Assembly: GCF_036321535.1 (NCBI RefSeq)
Contig: NC_087463.1
Span: forward strand, 5,580,001-5,644,000
Direction: 5' to 3'
Source of the DNA: Camelus dromedarius
Taxonomy: Eukaryota
DNA: 64,000 bases
Part shown: in pieces, positions 24,550 through 36,340 of the stretch
Layout: each line of letters opens with the position of its first letter
How positions within the stretch are numbered: the first letter of the stretch is position 1
Program-made: the position numbers and the translations under genes
Notes under the pieces: model-generated
Told to the model about the DNA's origin: nothing
Seen by the model: the letters and a program-made list of their open reading frames with translations, nothing else
Database searches by the model: none

Positions 24550-25415
24550 CTGTTCTTCAACAAATATTTTTTGACCGCTGTTATGTGCCAAGCACCTAGT
24601 TCTAGGCATTCTGTTCTAGGTGTTGGCGATCCTGCAATGAGCAAAATAGACGATTACTACCAAGAATCCCTGCTCTCCTGGAGCTCAGATACTAGCAGAG
24701 AATGCCCACAGGCAGTAAGCATAAAAAGTAAATTGTATAATAAGTTGGAAGGTTTTAAGCGCTTTGTAAGATGGGGAGGAGAGTGTGGACAGCAAAGTAA
24801 TGAAGCTGGGAGTTCAGGGGTTGTCAAGGTAGAATTCCTAGAAAGGGTGACACCTGAGCAAAGACTTGAAAGAGGTGAGGCAGTGAGCCATGCGGATATC
24901 TGGAGGGAGTGATCCAGACACAGGGAGGAGTCAGTGCAAAGCCCTAACATGGGAGTGGGCCTGGCGGCAAAAGGCCCACGTGGCCCCATGAGAGACGGGA
25001 GTTGGGCAGAGAGGTGGGAGATGAGGTCGGAAAGGAATAGGTGACACCTTATATGCTATTTAAGGACTTTGACTCTTGTCTTGTGGAAGTCGTGAGGCTC
25101 TGGCAAGTTAAGTTTGCAGGGTCACGATACATGCATTTGGCTGGCTTCCCTGGGCCCTGGGTAGACAATAAACTGCAGTGGCCACGGGAGGGGTCACGAG
25201 GCAGGTAGGAGGCTGTAGCTAGCATCCAGGTAAGAGCCGCCACCAACCAGGATGGGGACAACTGTGGGGGAAGCAGGCTGAGAGGATGATCAGGAGTTCA
25301 GTTTGGATGGAGAGCAGAGATGTAAAGGAAGCAGTTGGACACAGGTTTCTGGAGTTCAGCAGAGAGGTCTGACTTGGAAATAAATATTTGGTGTCATCAA
25401 TGTGTAGACAGTGTT
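24550..25415 (-). mobile_element. L2a, long fragment
   Basis: TTCAACAAATATTT tail through CTGAGCAAAGACTTGAAAGAGGTGAGG..GCCATGCGGATATCTGG to GGAGTTCAGCAGAGAGGTCTG. Confidence 0.85.
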
Positions 25416-25417
25416 TA

Positions 25418-25940
25418 TGTTAGTTATCTATTGCTGGGCAATACGTTATCCCAGAGTTGGCAACCCAAAATAACATTCATTTACTTGTATGGCTTCTGAG
25501 GTCAGGAATCTGGGCGCAGCCTAGTGAGACTGAAGTCAAGCTGTTGGCCAAGGTGTGGTCATTGCAAGGCTCCATGGGGCCAGAGGACCATTTCCAAGCC
25601 CATCGCCGCAGTGTTGTCAGGCCTCGGTTCCTGGCTGGCTGTCATCCAGAGGCTCCATCCAGGTCCCCGATGGCTCCATCCAGGCCCCCGACATGAAGGC
25701 CTCCCTGGACGGCTGCTCATACAGCGCAATGGCTTGCTTTCCCCAGAGTGAGCAACTCAAGAGAGAGAGGGAGAGGAAAAAAGACCGAAGCCGCAGTCTT
25801 TTTTATAACCTGATCTCAGAAGGGACATAACTACACTTCTGCCGCGTGGTGTTGGTCACAGATGCCACCCTGGTGTGATGTGGGTGAGACCACCAGGAGG
25901 TGGAGATGGTTGGGGGCCATCTTGGAATCTGGTTACCTTA
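25418..25940 (-). mobile_element. MaLR solo LTR, MLT1F-like
   Basis: TGTTAGTTATCTATTGCTG...TTTTATAACCTGATCTCAGAAG...GGGGCCATCTTGGA. Confidence 0.8.
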
Positions 25941-26054
25941 TTATTTATAAAGACATGAGATGGGAAGAGATGGCCCCAAATCCCTCTCCTCCTTCCTTCC
26001 TTTCTTTCTTCTTCCCTTCTGTCCTTTCTTCTTCCTTTCCTCTTTCCTTTCTTA

Positions 26055-26200
26055 TTCCCCATCTCTTCATTCCTGCTACACAGTTGCCTACTGCCTACCA
26101 TGAGACAGGACCACATAAGGCCACTGGGGTCAGCGACAACTTAAACACAGCCCTTGTTCCTGGGGAGGTGGTGTATTTGGGGAGGCAGATAAACAAATAC
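26055..26200 (-). mobile_element. L2 3' fragment
   Basis: TTCATTCC..CTACTGCCTACCATG..GGGAGGCAGATAAACAAATA. Confidence 0.45.
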
Positions 26201-29200
26201 TCACACCCAGCACCACATTGTCCCAAAGCAGGACAGACAAGGTGCCCTGAGGGCTCAGAGGGAGGAGAGTTGCGGACATGCGGGAATTAGGGGAACTTCT
26301 CAGCAGAACATACAGGGCCCCTGGCTGACCATGAGGGTCTGAACACCAAAAACAGCTTCAGGGGGAAAGTTGGAACTTGTACTCGTGGGGAAGGTGAAAC
26401 CATCCTGGGGTTGGGCCCTGTCTAAAAGCCTGGGCCCCTCCCCGTTTCTAGAAATCCTCCTGCCAGGACATGGCTGCTCACTCCCATCAGAGGTGGTGGC
26501 CGGGCAGGCCAGGCCGAAGGAGCGTGTAGGGCCAAGAGCCGGGCGCACCTCCACCCAGGTGGGAACCGCAAGGGGTCTCAGAGCAGAGGCTCAGATGAAA
26601 TCCAGACCCTGCCTCTCTCCCCCGACAGCCGGCCCTGCTGGAGCCCAGCCGGGCAGCCCCATCCATCCCAGACCGCGCCGGCGAGCCTTTGAAATACAGC
26701 CGCCTCTTCCTGGGCCTGCTCCCTGCGCCCCCATGGTGTCATTTCCAAATCCATTACATTCCAATGGCTTTGGGATCCTTTAATTACATGTGACGAAGCC
26801 TTGCCATTGCTGGAATTAGACGGGCTGTATTGACGATTTATAGGCCTCAGCTTTCACACAAGCAGGGCAATAAATTACATGAAATGGGCCCTTCAGCATT
26901 AAAAACTTCAGAGCTACCCACTAAGCCATGACAGCAAGAAAAAAAATGAAAAGGTAAGAGAATCAAAAAAAATTTTTTTAAAGTCATGTCTGTGTCTCAT
27001 GTGTTTAAAATACTGTACGTGCAACAGGGAATGTCAAAAACACAGGGTGCAGAGCCATCGGCAACTCATAAAATTTTATCTCTAGGATGAGAATTTCCAA
27101 CCCCATAATGAGGACTTCCCTTTTTTTTTTTAAATCCTGGGCAATTCGTACCTGACGAGGTGACTGGGAGGGCGGGGTGGCTGCACACCCATTCTGCTTG
27201 CCCAGATTTCATGGCGGGGTAAGGACGGTAGGCTGAAGCAGCCCCCAGCTCCCCATTTGGACCTTCCTCCTGGTCCCCTTGACCAGCCTCACTCCATCCC
27301 TCAGACTTTTGTCACGCTGGTCTCCACAGACGGCATGACGAGTCTCTGCCTTTCCTTCCAGCCGCATTTTCTGACACCCCTTGCCCAGTGCCCGGAGGCA
27401 TCCTCTGGCCTCACAGGGCACCTTCCCTGAACACACCACATCCAAGGTCAGCCCGACTCTGTCCTGGGGAGTTGCCAAGCCCAGCGCTGCTCATAGGCCA
27501 TATCTGAGGGCCGGGGCTGGACGTCTTGCTTCCTTTCTGTTCACCCGCTTGGCACCTGGCACAAGGCAGAGCATGCAGCAGGAACTCCGCAAAGGCTTTA
27601 AGATTAAGAAGCTGAGAATCAGGAATTCAGTTGGGCTCCAGTCCACAGAGGCAAGGAGTAGCTGTGAGAGAGGACGGTGAGACCGGTGGGAGGGAAGGGA
27701 TGCGACTGGGGGAGGAGAAACATCTCACCTCAGCAGGGCCTCCTCACCCGGCGGCAATACGAATGAGAACAGAAGAGTACTGGGAGCCAAGACCTTTCTG
27801 GAGGCAGGGATGTTTGTGGCCCTCAGCAGCGGGAGCCTTTGGTCCTCTTGCCAGTGCCCTGCCTGTCCTGTGGTCCAGCTGTGTGCGTGTGTCCCTACCT
27901 TCTCCCACTACTGATGGCCTGACAAGCCCAGTTCTGAGCTCTTGGCCCACTGAAGTCATGTTGCCCCTTTAGGCAAATCTCTCAAACCAAGAGCCCCTCG
28001 TAGGTACCTGGCCAGCCCGCAGATAGGCTGACCTTGGATCGGGTGCCCACCAGTCCAATCAGCCATCTGTAAGGGGCAGGCTCACAGGCACCAGCTTAGC
28101 TGCTCAGGGAAAGGAATGGACCAGACTTGCGTCCACTGGGAAGCTGAGGAAGGACAGGCTTTCTCAGGGCTTCCAGTACAGAACAGTTCACAGGAGAATC
28201 GAAATGTGGTCTGAGTGTAAGTAGGTAGAGCTAAGTCTAGACCTGAGAGAGTCTGAGGCCGGGTCTAGCCCTGTCTGATGGCTGTGACATCCAAGCCTTA
28301 CGGATGAGAAAAGGTCTCGATTTTCAAATCTGAAAGAAGGGGGAGAATCGGCCAAGGCCACAGAGGCAGGTGAGGGTGTGTGAGGCCACCGGGCTGTCCA
28401 CTCTGCCTACCGCTGAGGCTTCTTGACGAAACGTGTCCACACGAACAGGAGTCATGGGTGCCATGCTCACTGCTGGGTTCCCAGGGTCTGCACAAAATAG
28501 GGACTGATTTGCTGGATGAATTAATAACTCTGAAGGGCAGAGACCTCTTCCTGAGGCAGGCTGACTTCTTTGACAGACATTCAGAGGTGCATCTATCCTA
28601 GGGGCTTAGGTGATGAAGGAGATAAAGGTCTTTTGCTTTTGGGTCCCCCAGGCGTCAACAGTCAGAAAGCCTCGCTTAAGTTTTCAGCTCTCTTGCCTGA
28701 AATAGCCCCCAGGACAATTGCAAAGGTGTATTTCCCTGCTCAGTAGTAACTTTCTAACCTCTGCAGGCTCGGAATCCCCAAAGGGCAAGGCTGAGAGCTG
28801 CACTGTGGTCTGCGTGTAAGCAGGTAGAGCAGTAGGTAGAGTATGTGGCTTTGGAAGTCCCAGTAGAACCCAGAGTAGGTGATCAGGGGCCAAATACTGT
28901 CATCAAGGACTGCCTCTCTTGAAGGATATGCAAGGGGAAAGCAGAGACTCGGGCTGATTCAGCAATGCCAGTGTCTGAAGGATGAAAGGATTGGAGAGGC
29001 ATTTGATGAAAGAAGGGAGAAACGAGGAGGTTAGATTTAAGACGCAGAAAGCAGTGTGCATCGGGAAGCTGCTGGGTGATTTGTGTATTTGCTTTTCTCC
29101 ATCAGCTTCCTGCAGAGGATGAAAAATGACGGGATCCATCAAGGTGCATCTTGTTTTATACAAGGATAAAAAAAAAAAGAATTCTTGAAATACTAACTAA

Positions 29201-29961
29201 AGTTGAATTCCCTTCTCCTATTGACTTACATTAGTAGATTTCATAGAACCAGTGAAGTAGACCTAGAAGGTAAGGTAGAGGGTTAGGTCAAATCTGTTAC
29301 TTTAGAGACGAAGCATATGAAACTGGGAGGGTCCGTAACGAAAGTAAAATCGTGGTAAGGTGGTTTCGGCAGCAGAAGGGAGGGGGGCTAACCAGCCTCA
29401 GAAGTTTACTCACCGTACTGCCTACAGAGGTTGGACTCTGACTTTGGGGCTGTTACTTATTTAATATTATTTCATATTTGTTATTTTATCTTTATTTGTT
29501 AAATGTTTGCCTTTAAATTGACCAGCTTTATAAAATTAGCTTTTCCCTAATAATACCTATAGTAACAGCATTTTATGAAGCTGATAGCTGGCTAAATATA
29601 TGTTAATACACACATATGTATATATACGTAATATCGAAAATATATTATAAACATTATATTATTAATTTTATATCATATATATAACTGCACATCAAAATAA
29701 ACATATAAACATTAAAATATGAAATATCATCCATAGGCAGCCTGAAACCATCTTGCATACCGCCAGTGGTATATGCTTGCCCTTTGGAAAATACTAGATA
29801 AATGACTCTAATGATCCTTTTTCATTTCAAGATTTTCTGATTCTTGAAAAGAAGTTTGGTTTTGTGACTATTTTTCGAGGACCTGGAGCACTTTTCCCTT
29901 TTTCTCTCCACTTTACTAAATCGTGGCTCTGCTCAAATCACACCTCCCCCATGGAGGCTTC

Positions 29962-30403
29962 TGTGCAGGAAAGGGATAACTTTGCAGGCCTGAGATGATC
30001 ATCTTTAGAAAGATCTGCTTGCAAGGCTGGCCTTTGGCTGCCGTCTGGGAACTTGGATTTTAGGAATGTTCCCACCACTCCCTAACTACTATGATGCGGG
30101 CTCCCTGTGCCTAACCTGTGTGCAAACAGTGCGGTTTATGCTAAACCCTGCCTCCCTCTGGGAGTCTGAAATTTTGGTAGGTGTTCACATGTGTGGTCAA
30201 CTCAAGGCTGGAGGAATTAAGCGCGTCCTGTGTGACTCCACCGGGAGTGGCCTCTGGGAGCTCGCTCCTGATTTCCTCTAGACCTTGCCCCATGTGCCTT
30301 TTCCCTTTGCTCATTTCACTTTGTATCCTTTTGTTGTAATAAATCTGAGCCATGAGTGCAACTAGATGCTCAATCCTGAATCCCTGAACGTGGGGACCAC
30401 ACA
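29962..30403 (+). mobile_element. ERVL-type solo LTR, MER21-like, with an internal deletion
   Basis: CTGCTTGCAAGGCTGGCCTTTGGCTG..GGAGGAATTAAGCGCGTCCTGTGTGACTCCAC..GTAATAAATCTGAGCC; TG...CA ends. Confidence 0.85.
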
Positions 30404-30689
30404 TACAGCTTCCTTCCATGACCATTCCACCCTCCAATTCTCTTCCTATTCTGAGCCCATTTAGTAACTTAGATATAATCATGCAATTCTCCCCCTTGTT
30501 CTGTCAATTAATAAATCACTAGTACTATATGGTGTCTCTGTCCTATTCATTAATAAGCTTCTATAAAATCAGGGACTGTTTCTTATAAGACTTTGATTTG
30601 TATTTGTGTTTGTGATTAATAATATCTTATTCCTAGTAACTGTTCTATGGTTCTTTTTAAAAAAGAATACAAACAAAACCAAAAATTTT

Positions 30690-31760
30690 GGATATGTTGG
30701 TTATTGTAAAAATTACTTAGAAAGTATAGAGAAGCAAAAAAGAAAAATAAAATCATCCATGATTTCCTATCCAGAAATAGCCATCTTTTAATCACTTGGT
30801 TATATATCCTTTTAGTCCCCTCACTGTCCACAAAGAGCTTTTGTGAGAAAGGAATCATGACTTTTTATTGAAGTATAGTTGATTTACAATGTTTCAGATG
30901 TACAGCAGAGTGATTCAGTTATACATATATACATATTCTTTTTCAGATTCTTTTCCATTATAGGTTATTACAAGATATTGAACATAGTTCCCTGTGCTCT
31001 ACTGTAGGACCTTGTTGCTTATCTATTTTATATATAGCAGTGTGTATCTGTTAATTCTAAACTCCTAATTTATCCCTCCCCCATCTTTCCCCTTTGGTTA
31101 CCATAAATTTGTTCTCTATATCTGTGAGTCTATTCTGTTTTGCAAATAAGTTCTTTTGTATCATTTTTTCAGATTCCAAATACAAGTGATGTCATATGAT
31201 ATTTGTCTTTGATTGACTAACTTCACTGAATTTGATAATCTCTAGGTCCATCCCTGTTGCTGCAAATGGCATTATTTCATTCTTTTTTATGGCTGAGTAA
31301 TATCCCATTGTATATATATGTACCATATCTTCTTTTTTCATTCATCCGTTGGTGGACATTTAGGTTGCGTCTATGTCTTGTCTATTGCAAACAGTGCTGC
31401 TATGAACATTGGGATGCATGCATCTTTTCAAATTGAGAGTTTTTGTCTTTTTCTGGATATATGCCCAGGAGTGGGATTGCTGGATGACATGCTAATTCTG
31501 TTTTTAGCTTTTTAAGGAATCTCCATATTGTCCTCCATAGTGGCTGCACCAATTTATATTCCCACCAACAGTGTAGAAGGATTCCCTTTTCTCTGCACCC
31601 TCTCCAGTATTTATTATTTGTAGACTTTTTGATGATGGTCAAGAAAGGCATCATGCTTTTTGTTAGTTACCTCTTTTTTACTAAATAAACCATGAACATG
31701 TGTCCTTGTGATTAGCAGAAATGTCATTCTTAATAGTTACATAATAACGTGTCCCAAGCT
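30690..31760 (-). mobile_element. Old L1ME-type fragment (30690-30830 and 31680-31760) split by a younger L1
   Basis: GAAAGTATAGAGAAGCAAAAAGAAAAATAAAATCATCCATG.. on the left; CATGAACATGTGTCCTTG..CATTCTTAATAGTTACATAATA on the right. Confidence 0.55.
30862..31640 (-). mobile_element. 5'-truncated L1 (ORF2 end plus 3' UTR) with TSD
   Basis: Translates [45 protein letters not shown]; TSD AGAAAGGAATCATG (30846-30859) and AGAAAGGCATCATG (31642-31655). Confidence 0.95.
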
Positions 31761-32179
31761 GGTGACTCTCAAGCAAAACACCACCTGTAGATTTGATTTT
31801 GTTTGGGGTAGCATAGTACTGACTTACCCATATTTATAAATAATACGTTAGAATTAGTTGCTGGTATCTGAATGTTGGGATACTTCACATAAATAGTCTG
31901 TATTTTCTGCTTTCCTTTAAAACATGTTGCCACCTCATTTCCATCAGGCTTTATGGATGGAGCTGAGGTGAAGCTGCCCTCTTTAGACAGAGCTTGTGCC
32001 CCAGCTCCCCTGGAACTGAGGTTGACGGCCAGTTGCTATTCATCATGCTGTCGGGCTGGTTATCTTTTGCTACAGTCAAGAGAGAAGAGAAATATTTCTC
32101 ATGTGTCGATCGAAAGCTAGACCAAAAGGGGCAAATGAAGAAGACAGTTTGTTTCAACAAAATGGAAGAGAATATATTT

Positions 32180-32730
32180 CTGCAGTCCCCAAACTGTGTG
32201 CCAAGGAACTCCAGGATGCCACGGGGAACCCACAAGGGCACCGAGGGATATTTTTAATTATCCAGGAACACATCAGGATACTCAACACTGTCAGATACCA
32301 CGCAAACCGCCAGCTTGAGGGAGTTCAAATTTCAACAGTAGATCACACCATATATGACATTGCCGAATCTTGGCAAACCTGGGTTTTCATTGGTTGCTGT
32401 GTTAAAAAGAAAATACCACACAAAAATCAGTGTGGAACAGGAAACAAGGACGGCGGTATCCAATCTGATTCCAAGGTTTGACTAATTGTACATTGCACAA
32501 CAGATACATGCATCCCTTTAGTAAATAATTATGATTATTTATGAATAAAACATAGATATTATTTTTTCTTTCAATTTGGGTGTAATATTTTTCTTCAAAC
32601 AGCTACTAAGTTGTCAGGACCTAAATGCTAACTAGTTTGTTTGGGCTTAACTTTAAATATGTAACTATGAGGCATTTATTTTGGCGTAGGCACACTGTAA
32701 AAAGTATGATTGAGACAAAGCTTAGGAGTC
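32180..32730 (+). mobile_element. hAT-Charlie DNA transposon fossil (Charlie4a-like)
   Basis: Starts CAGTCCCCAAACTGTGTGCCAAGG; 32369-32521 translates LGKPGFSLVAVLKRKYHTKISVEQETRTAVSNLIPRFD*LYIAQQIHASL*, a hAT C-terminal dimerisation remnant. Confidence 0.85.
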
Positions 32731-32924
32731 TTTGACATATTCCTCGTAGAACTAAAGAAACCGTACTGACTGGTTTCACTCCTGGTCTCCACCCACATGG
32801 TCAGTATGTCACTAGAGCCAGCCTGTGATGCCTGTAATTAGCCATATCTAGTGCCTGTCGGCCTGAGACATTTTTACTGTCCCTTACTATTTCATAGCCA
32901 GAATGATTTTAAACCCCTCATTGG

Positions 32925-33105
32925 CTAGTTCTTGACTTTGGGCACATTACTTAAACATCTGTGACTCAGGTTCCTCATCTGTATAATGGGAATATTAATA
33001 GACCTATCTCATGAGGTTGTGATGGAGATAAAAATGAGATAGTCTATGCAAATGCTTTGCACAGTGCCTGACACATATTGTTAATCACTCAGTGATAGCT
33101 ATTAA
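32925..33105 (+). mobile_element. MIR
   Basis: CTTTGGGCACATTACTTAA..CCTCATCTGTATAATGGG..GCACAGTGCCTGACACATA. Confidence 0.85.
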
Positions 33106-35579
33106 TTGTATATTTTCTCCTGGAAGCTTCTGGATGTTTTCAAAGCAAGATGCACCTGGATTTCCATTCTTCCAGGGTTTCCTGTCCTAGGTAGAGGCAG
33201 CTGTCAGAACAACCAACTCGTATAGTTACAAAGCCAAGACTATTGCCATCTGAGCTAAGTAAAAGGACAAAGAAAGGAAAAGTCACTATTGATTTTAGCT
33301 TAAGAGGCAGAAGGGTTTCTTCTGGTCTTCATCATGTTTAGAGACACGTTGCTTTGAGCGTTAGAGCACCAGATCCCCACCTGTCACATGTACTCTCAGG
33401 GAGAATTTGTCAGGGACACTTAAAGCCTGACTTTGTGTCCCTGAAAGGCGCCATGCCCTAAGCCTCCAGTCCCGTCCTAGCCTGTCTCATCCTGCAGCAA
33501 TTTCTTCCTGACTCCTTGGGTATCTTCAGTGAAGGGAGAGCTGTGGGATGGGAAGCAAGCTGCTCTGGAACACAGTAAGCCAGGCAATGGGAGTCACCTC
33601 CCCAGACACTTGAGTTTCACAGCCTGTGTTGCAGCTACCCAGGGGCTGCCCTTGAGTCCCCACCCTGTCCCTTGTAGGCCTCCTGGTGACAGCCTAGACC
33701 CTCACTTCACTCACCTTTAAAATGGGGATGATAATGTCTATGAGACGATAAAACAGAATGACCTCCATGGAAGTGCCTGTAAAAGACACGCATAACTGTG
33801 AGGGATCCTCATTAAGAAAAAAATTGAAATCCACTATGTATCGATCAGACCCATGAATACTGCTTGTAGAAGAGAACTTTGGAGAACAGAAGGGCCGTGC
33901 AGCAAATGGATAATGAGGAAGTCTACAGGGGCCAGAAGGAAGAGTGAAAGGGTTGGCCTGGGGTGAACAGAGGAGAGCAAGACTGAAAGTGGACAGGGCA
34001 AGTAGGAAAATGGACTCAAAGAAAACTTTGCGACCCAGAAACTGGAGTCTTTTCTGACTAATCAATTATTCCAAGTGTTGTGATTGAGAACCTTCCAAGG
34101 GCTCAGCCTGGTGCCAACTTGATGACAGGTGTCAGGGAACTCTGTAACCCATCTGTGGGTGGCAGGATCATCAAAGTCAAAACAACCAGAGATAATGGTC
34201 CAGGAGAGTAGTGGGCACAGAGACAGGCGTCTGGGGGCACTCTCGGAAAGGAAGAAGCTGGCCTGACGTGTGCTGAGCTGTCATCCTGGGCTCAGGGCTG
34301 GGGACAGAGTGAGAGGGAGGGGCTGAGGCTGCCACAGGGACCCCTTGTGACCCCTATTAGCTTCTCCCAACAGCATGTGAACAAGATTTCCTTCAGTGAT
34401 GGACAAGGTGCCGAGGGAAATGACCACAGGAGACATTATTTTCAATAGGAAAAGAAGAGTAGTAGAGGAAGCAAGTAGAAAGATCACCAACCTGAGAGCT
34501 CGATGGAATCAGATCACCCCAACCCAGGGCCCACACTGAACATAAGCTGGAGCTTGGATGGAGGATGTCACTTAATCCGGAAGGAAAACACAGGTCTCCA
34601 GCCTCATCACTTGGTGATCCTTTGACCTCTAGATGACAACCTAGATGGAGCTAGGGCCCTGGACTCTGAGGACCGGCCCGGATGGCATGCTGGGGCACCT
34701 GCAGTGAGAATTGTAAAAGCCTGTGCACCCAGAAGAAGGTGAGAAGGGACCCCAGGGAGAGGAGAGGGAGCAGCCTTCTAATGAGTGCTGTAATACTGAC
34801 AGAGTTATGCCTCGTCCCCGTCTTTCTTCCTACACTGTCAATTCCCTGGGCTTCACAGCCAGGATTTGGGGATGTGTTGCAGCTTGAGTGGAAGTAAAAT
34901 GGACCAAGGGCTGGAAATGTGACCACCAAAGGCTCCTTTACCATCCTCTCGATTGGAGCAGGTAAAGAAATAGGAACTTGGATTCTGGTCCATGGACGCT
35001 CTATCCTCCACGGATACCTGGAGCCAATAAACTCAGGTACCTTGGATGAAGGGCTATGATGCGTTAGGCTTACAATTTATGCAAACAAAAGACATTCAGA
35101 TGTGCTACAAGCATGGCAGGGCCAGAGCCAGCCAAGCTGTGGGAAGCATCTGAGAAGAAGGCTGGAGCAGCTGCCTCCCCAAATCCCGTGCACCACTTCC
35201 GAGCAGGCTCCGCTCTACCTTCCCCAGACAGGAGACAGCTTGTTGCAGAGACACTTGTGAACATGAAAAGGAAAGGGGAGGGAGCAGAGGGGAAGAGATC
35301 TATTCCGCCTCGCAGCTTTCCATCTCTGCCCCAGTGGAGCGTGGGTAATTTGTTATGCCTAATGAGCAAATGCCACCTTATGTGGAGGCAAAAATGCCAG
35401 TGGGATGATCAGGCGGGTTGCTATGGGAGACCAAGGGACCTCCCTGAAGTTTGCACAGCCTGGCAAAGGAGTCTTCGTGAGAGGAAAGCTCGGCTGTCTC
35501 CTTCCATCAGGGTAGTGAGCCCTGGTGTCTGCGCTGAGTTTGATGTGTTTCGAGGCTTTTTTTGCCTCTATTGTTACAG

Positions 35580-35700
35580 TTGAGCTTCATGACCACCCAA
35601 TAAAGTAGGTGGGTCTGGTGTTATTTCCCATTTTTTCAGGTGAAAAGACTGAGGCTCAGAGGAGTTAAAGAAGTTGTCCAAAGTCGTGGAGGAGGCAGAC
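35580..35700 (-). mobile_element. MIR
   Basis: CCCATTTTTTCAGGTGAAAAGACTGAGGCTCAGAG. Confidence 0.7.
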
Positions 35701-36159
35701 GGATATATCTCAGGAGGCCTAGTTTACAAGTGTTTTTCCAGATGCGTCTTTACTTTTTCAAGGACATATCACTGGACTGAGAGCAATCAAAGGGAGCTTG
35801 ATCAACTACACCAAACCCACAGAAAGATGGAAATGGACTATTTAAAGTAAATACTTTGTAGAGGAGGACAAATGCATAGGCCTTGTTACCAAAGAGGCAT
35901 TTCAATAGATAACTGCACACACTGCAATTGGAAGAAATGACCAGAGAAAGCTGGAGTGGGAGTCTGTAGCTGAGCAGGGTGGGGCTATTGCCCTCCTGCT
36001 TTCCCAGGCCAACCTCTCAGCACTGCCCCGGCCACCCAGAACCACAGCTGCTCCCTGAATCCACCCAAGGCTTCCTATTTCTGTGCCTTCGTGCATCCTA
36101 TTCCTGAAACTTCAAGTTCTAACATCAAAAACAAAAAAAAAAATTGTAAATCTTGTAAT

Positions 36160-36340
36160 AAGTTTATTGCTTCCTTTTCTGAAATCACATTGAAATGCTG
36201 GCACACCTCCCGTCTCTCCCCTCCACGAGACTGTGAGCTCTTTGAAGGTAGGAACTGTGATTCTTCATGACTCAGTCCCCAGCACCTGCCGAGGGGCCTG
36301 GCACTTATCAGCATTCTAGCAGATGTCTATTAATTGAATG
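36160..36340 (+). mobile_element. L2 3' end
   Basis: GACTGTGAGCTCTTTGAAGGTAGGAACTGTG..CCCCAGCACCTGCC..CCTGGCAC. Confidence 0.8.

Noticed and set aside
24295-24912. 205-aa ORF, the longest in the track
   Set aside because: Runs antisense through an L2 fossil and a CT-rich tract.
25651-25692. 21-bp tandem duplication
   Set aside because: Ordinary slippage inside an MLT1F LTR.
29365-29374. TTCGGCAGCA matching the U6 snRNA 5' region
   Set aside because: Only 10 nt, with no further similarity.
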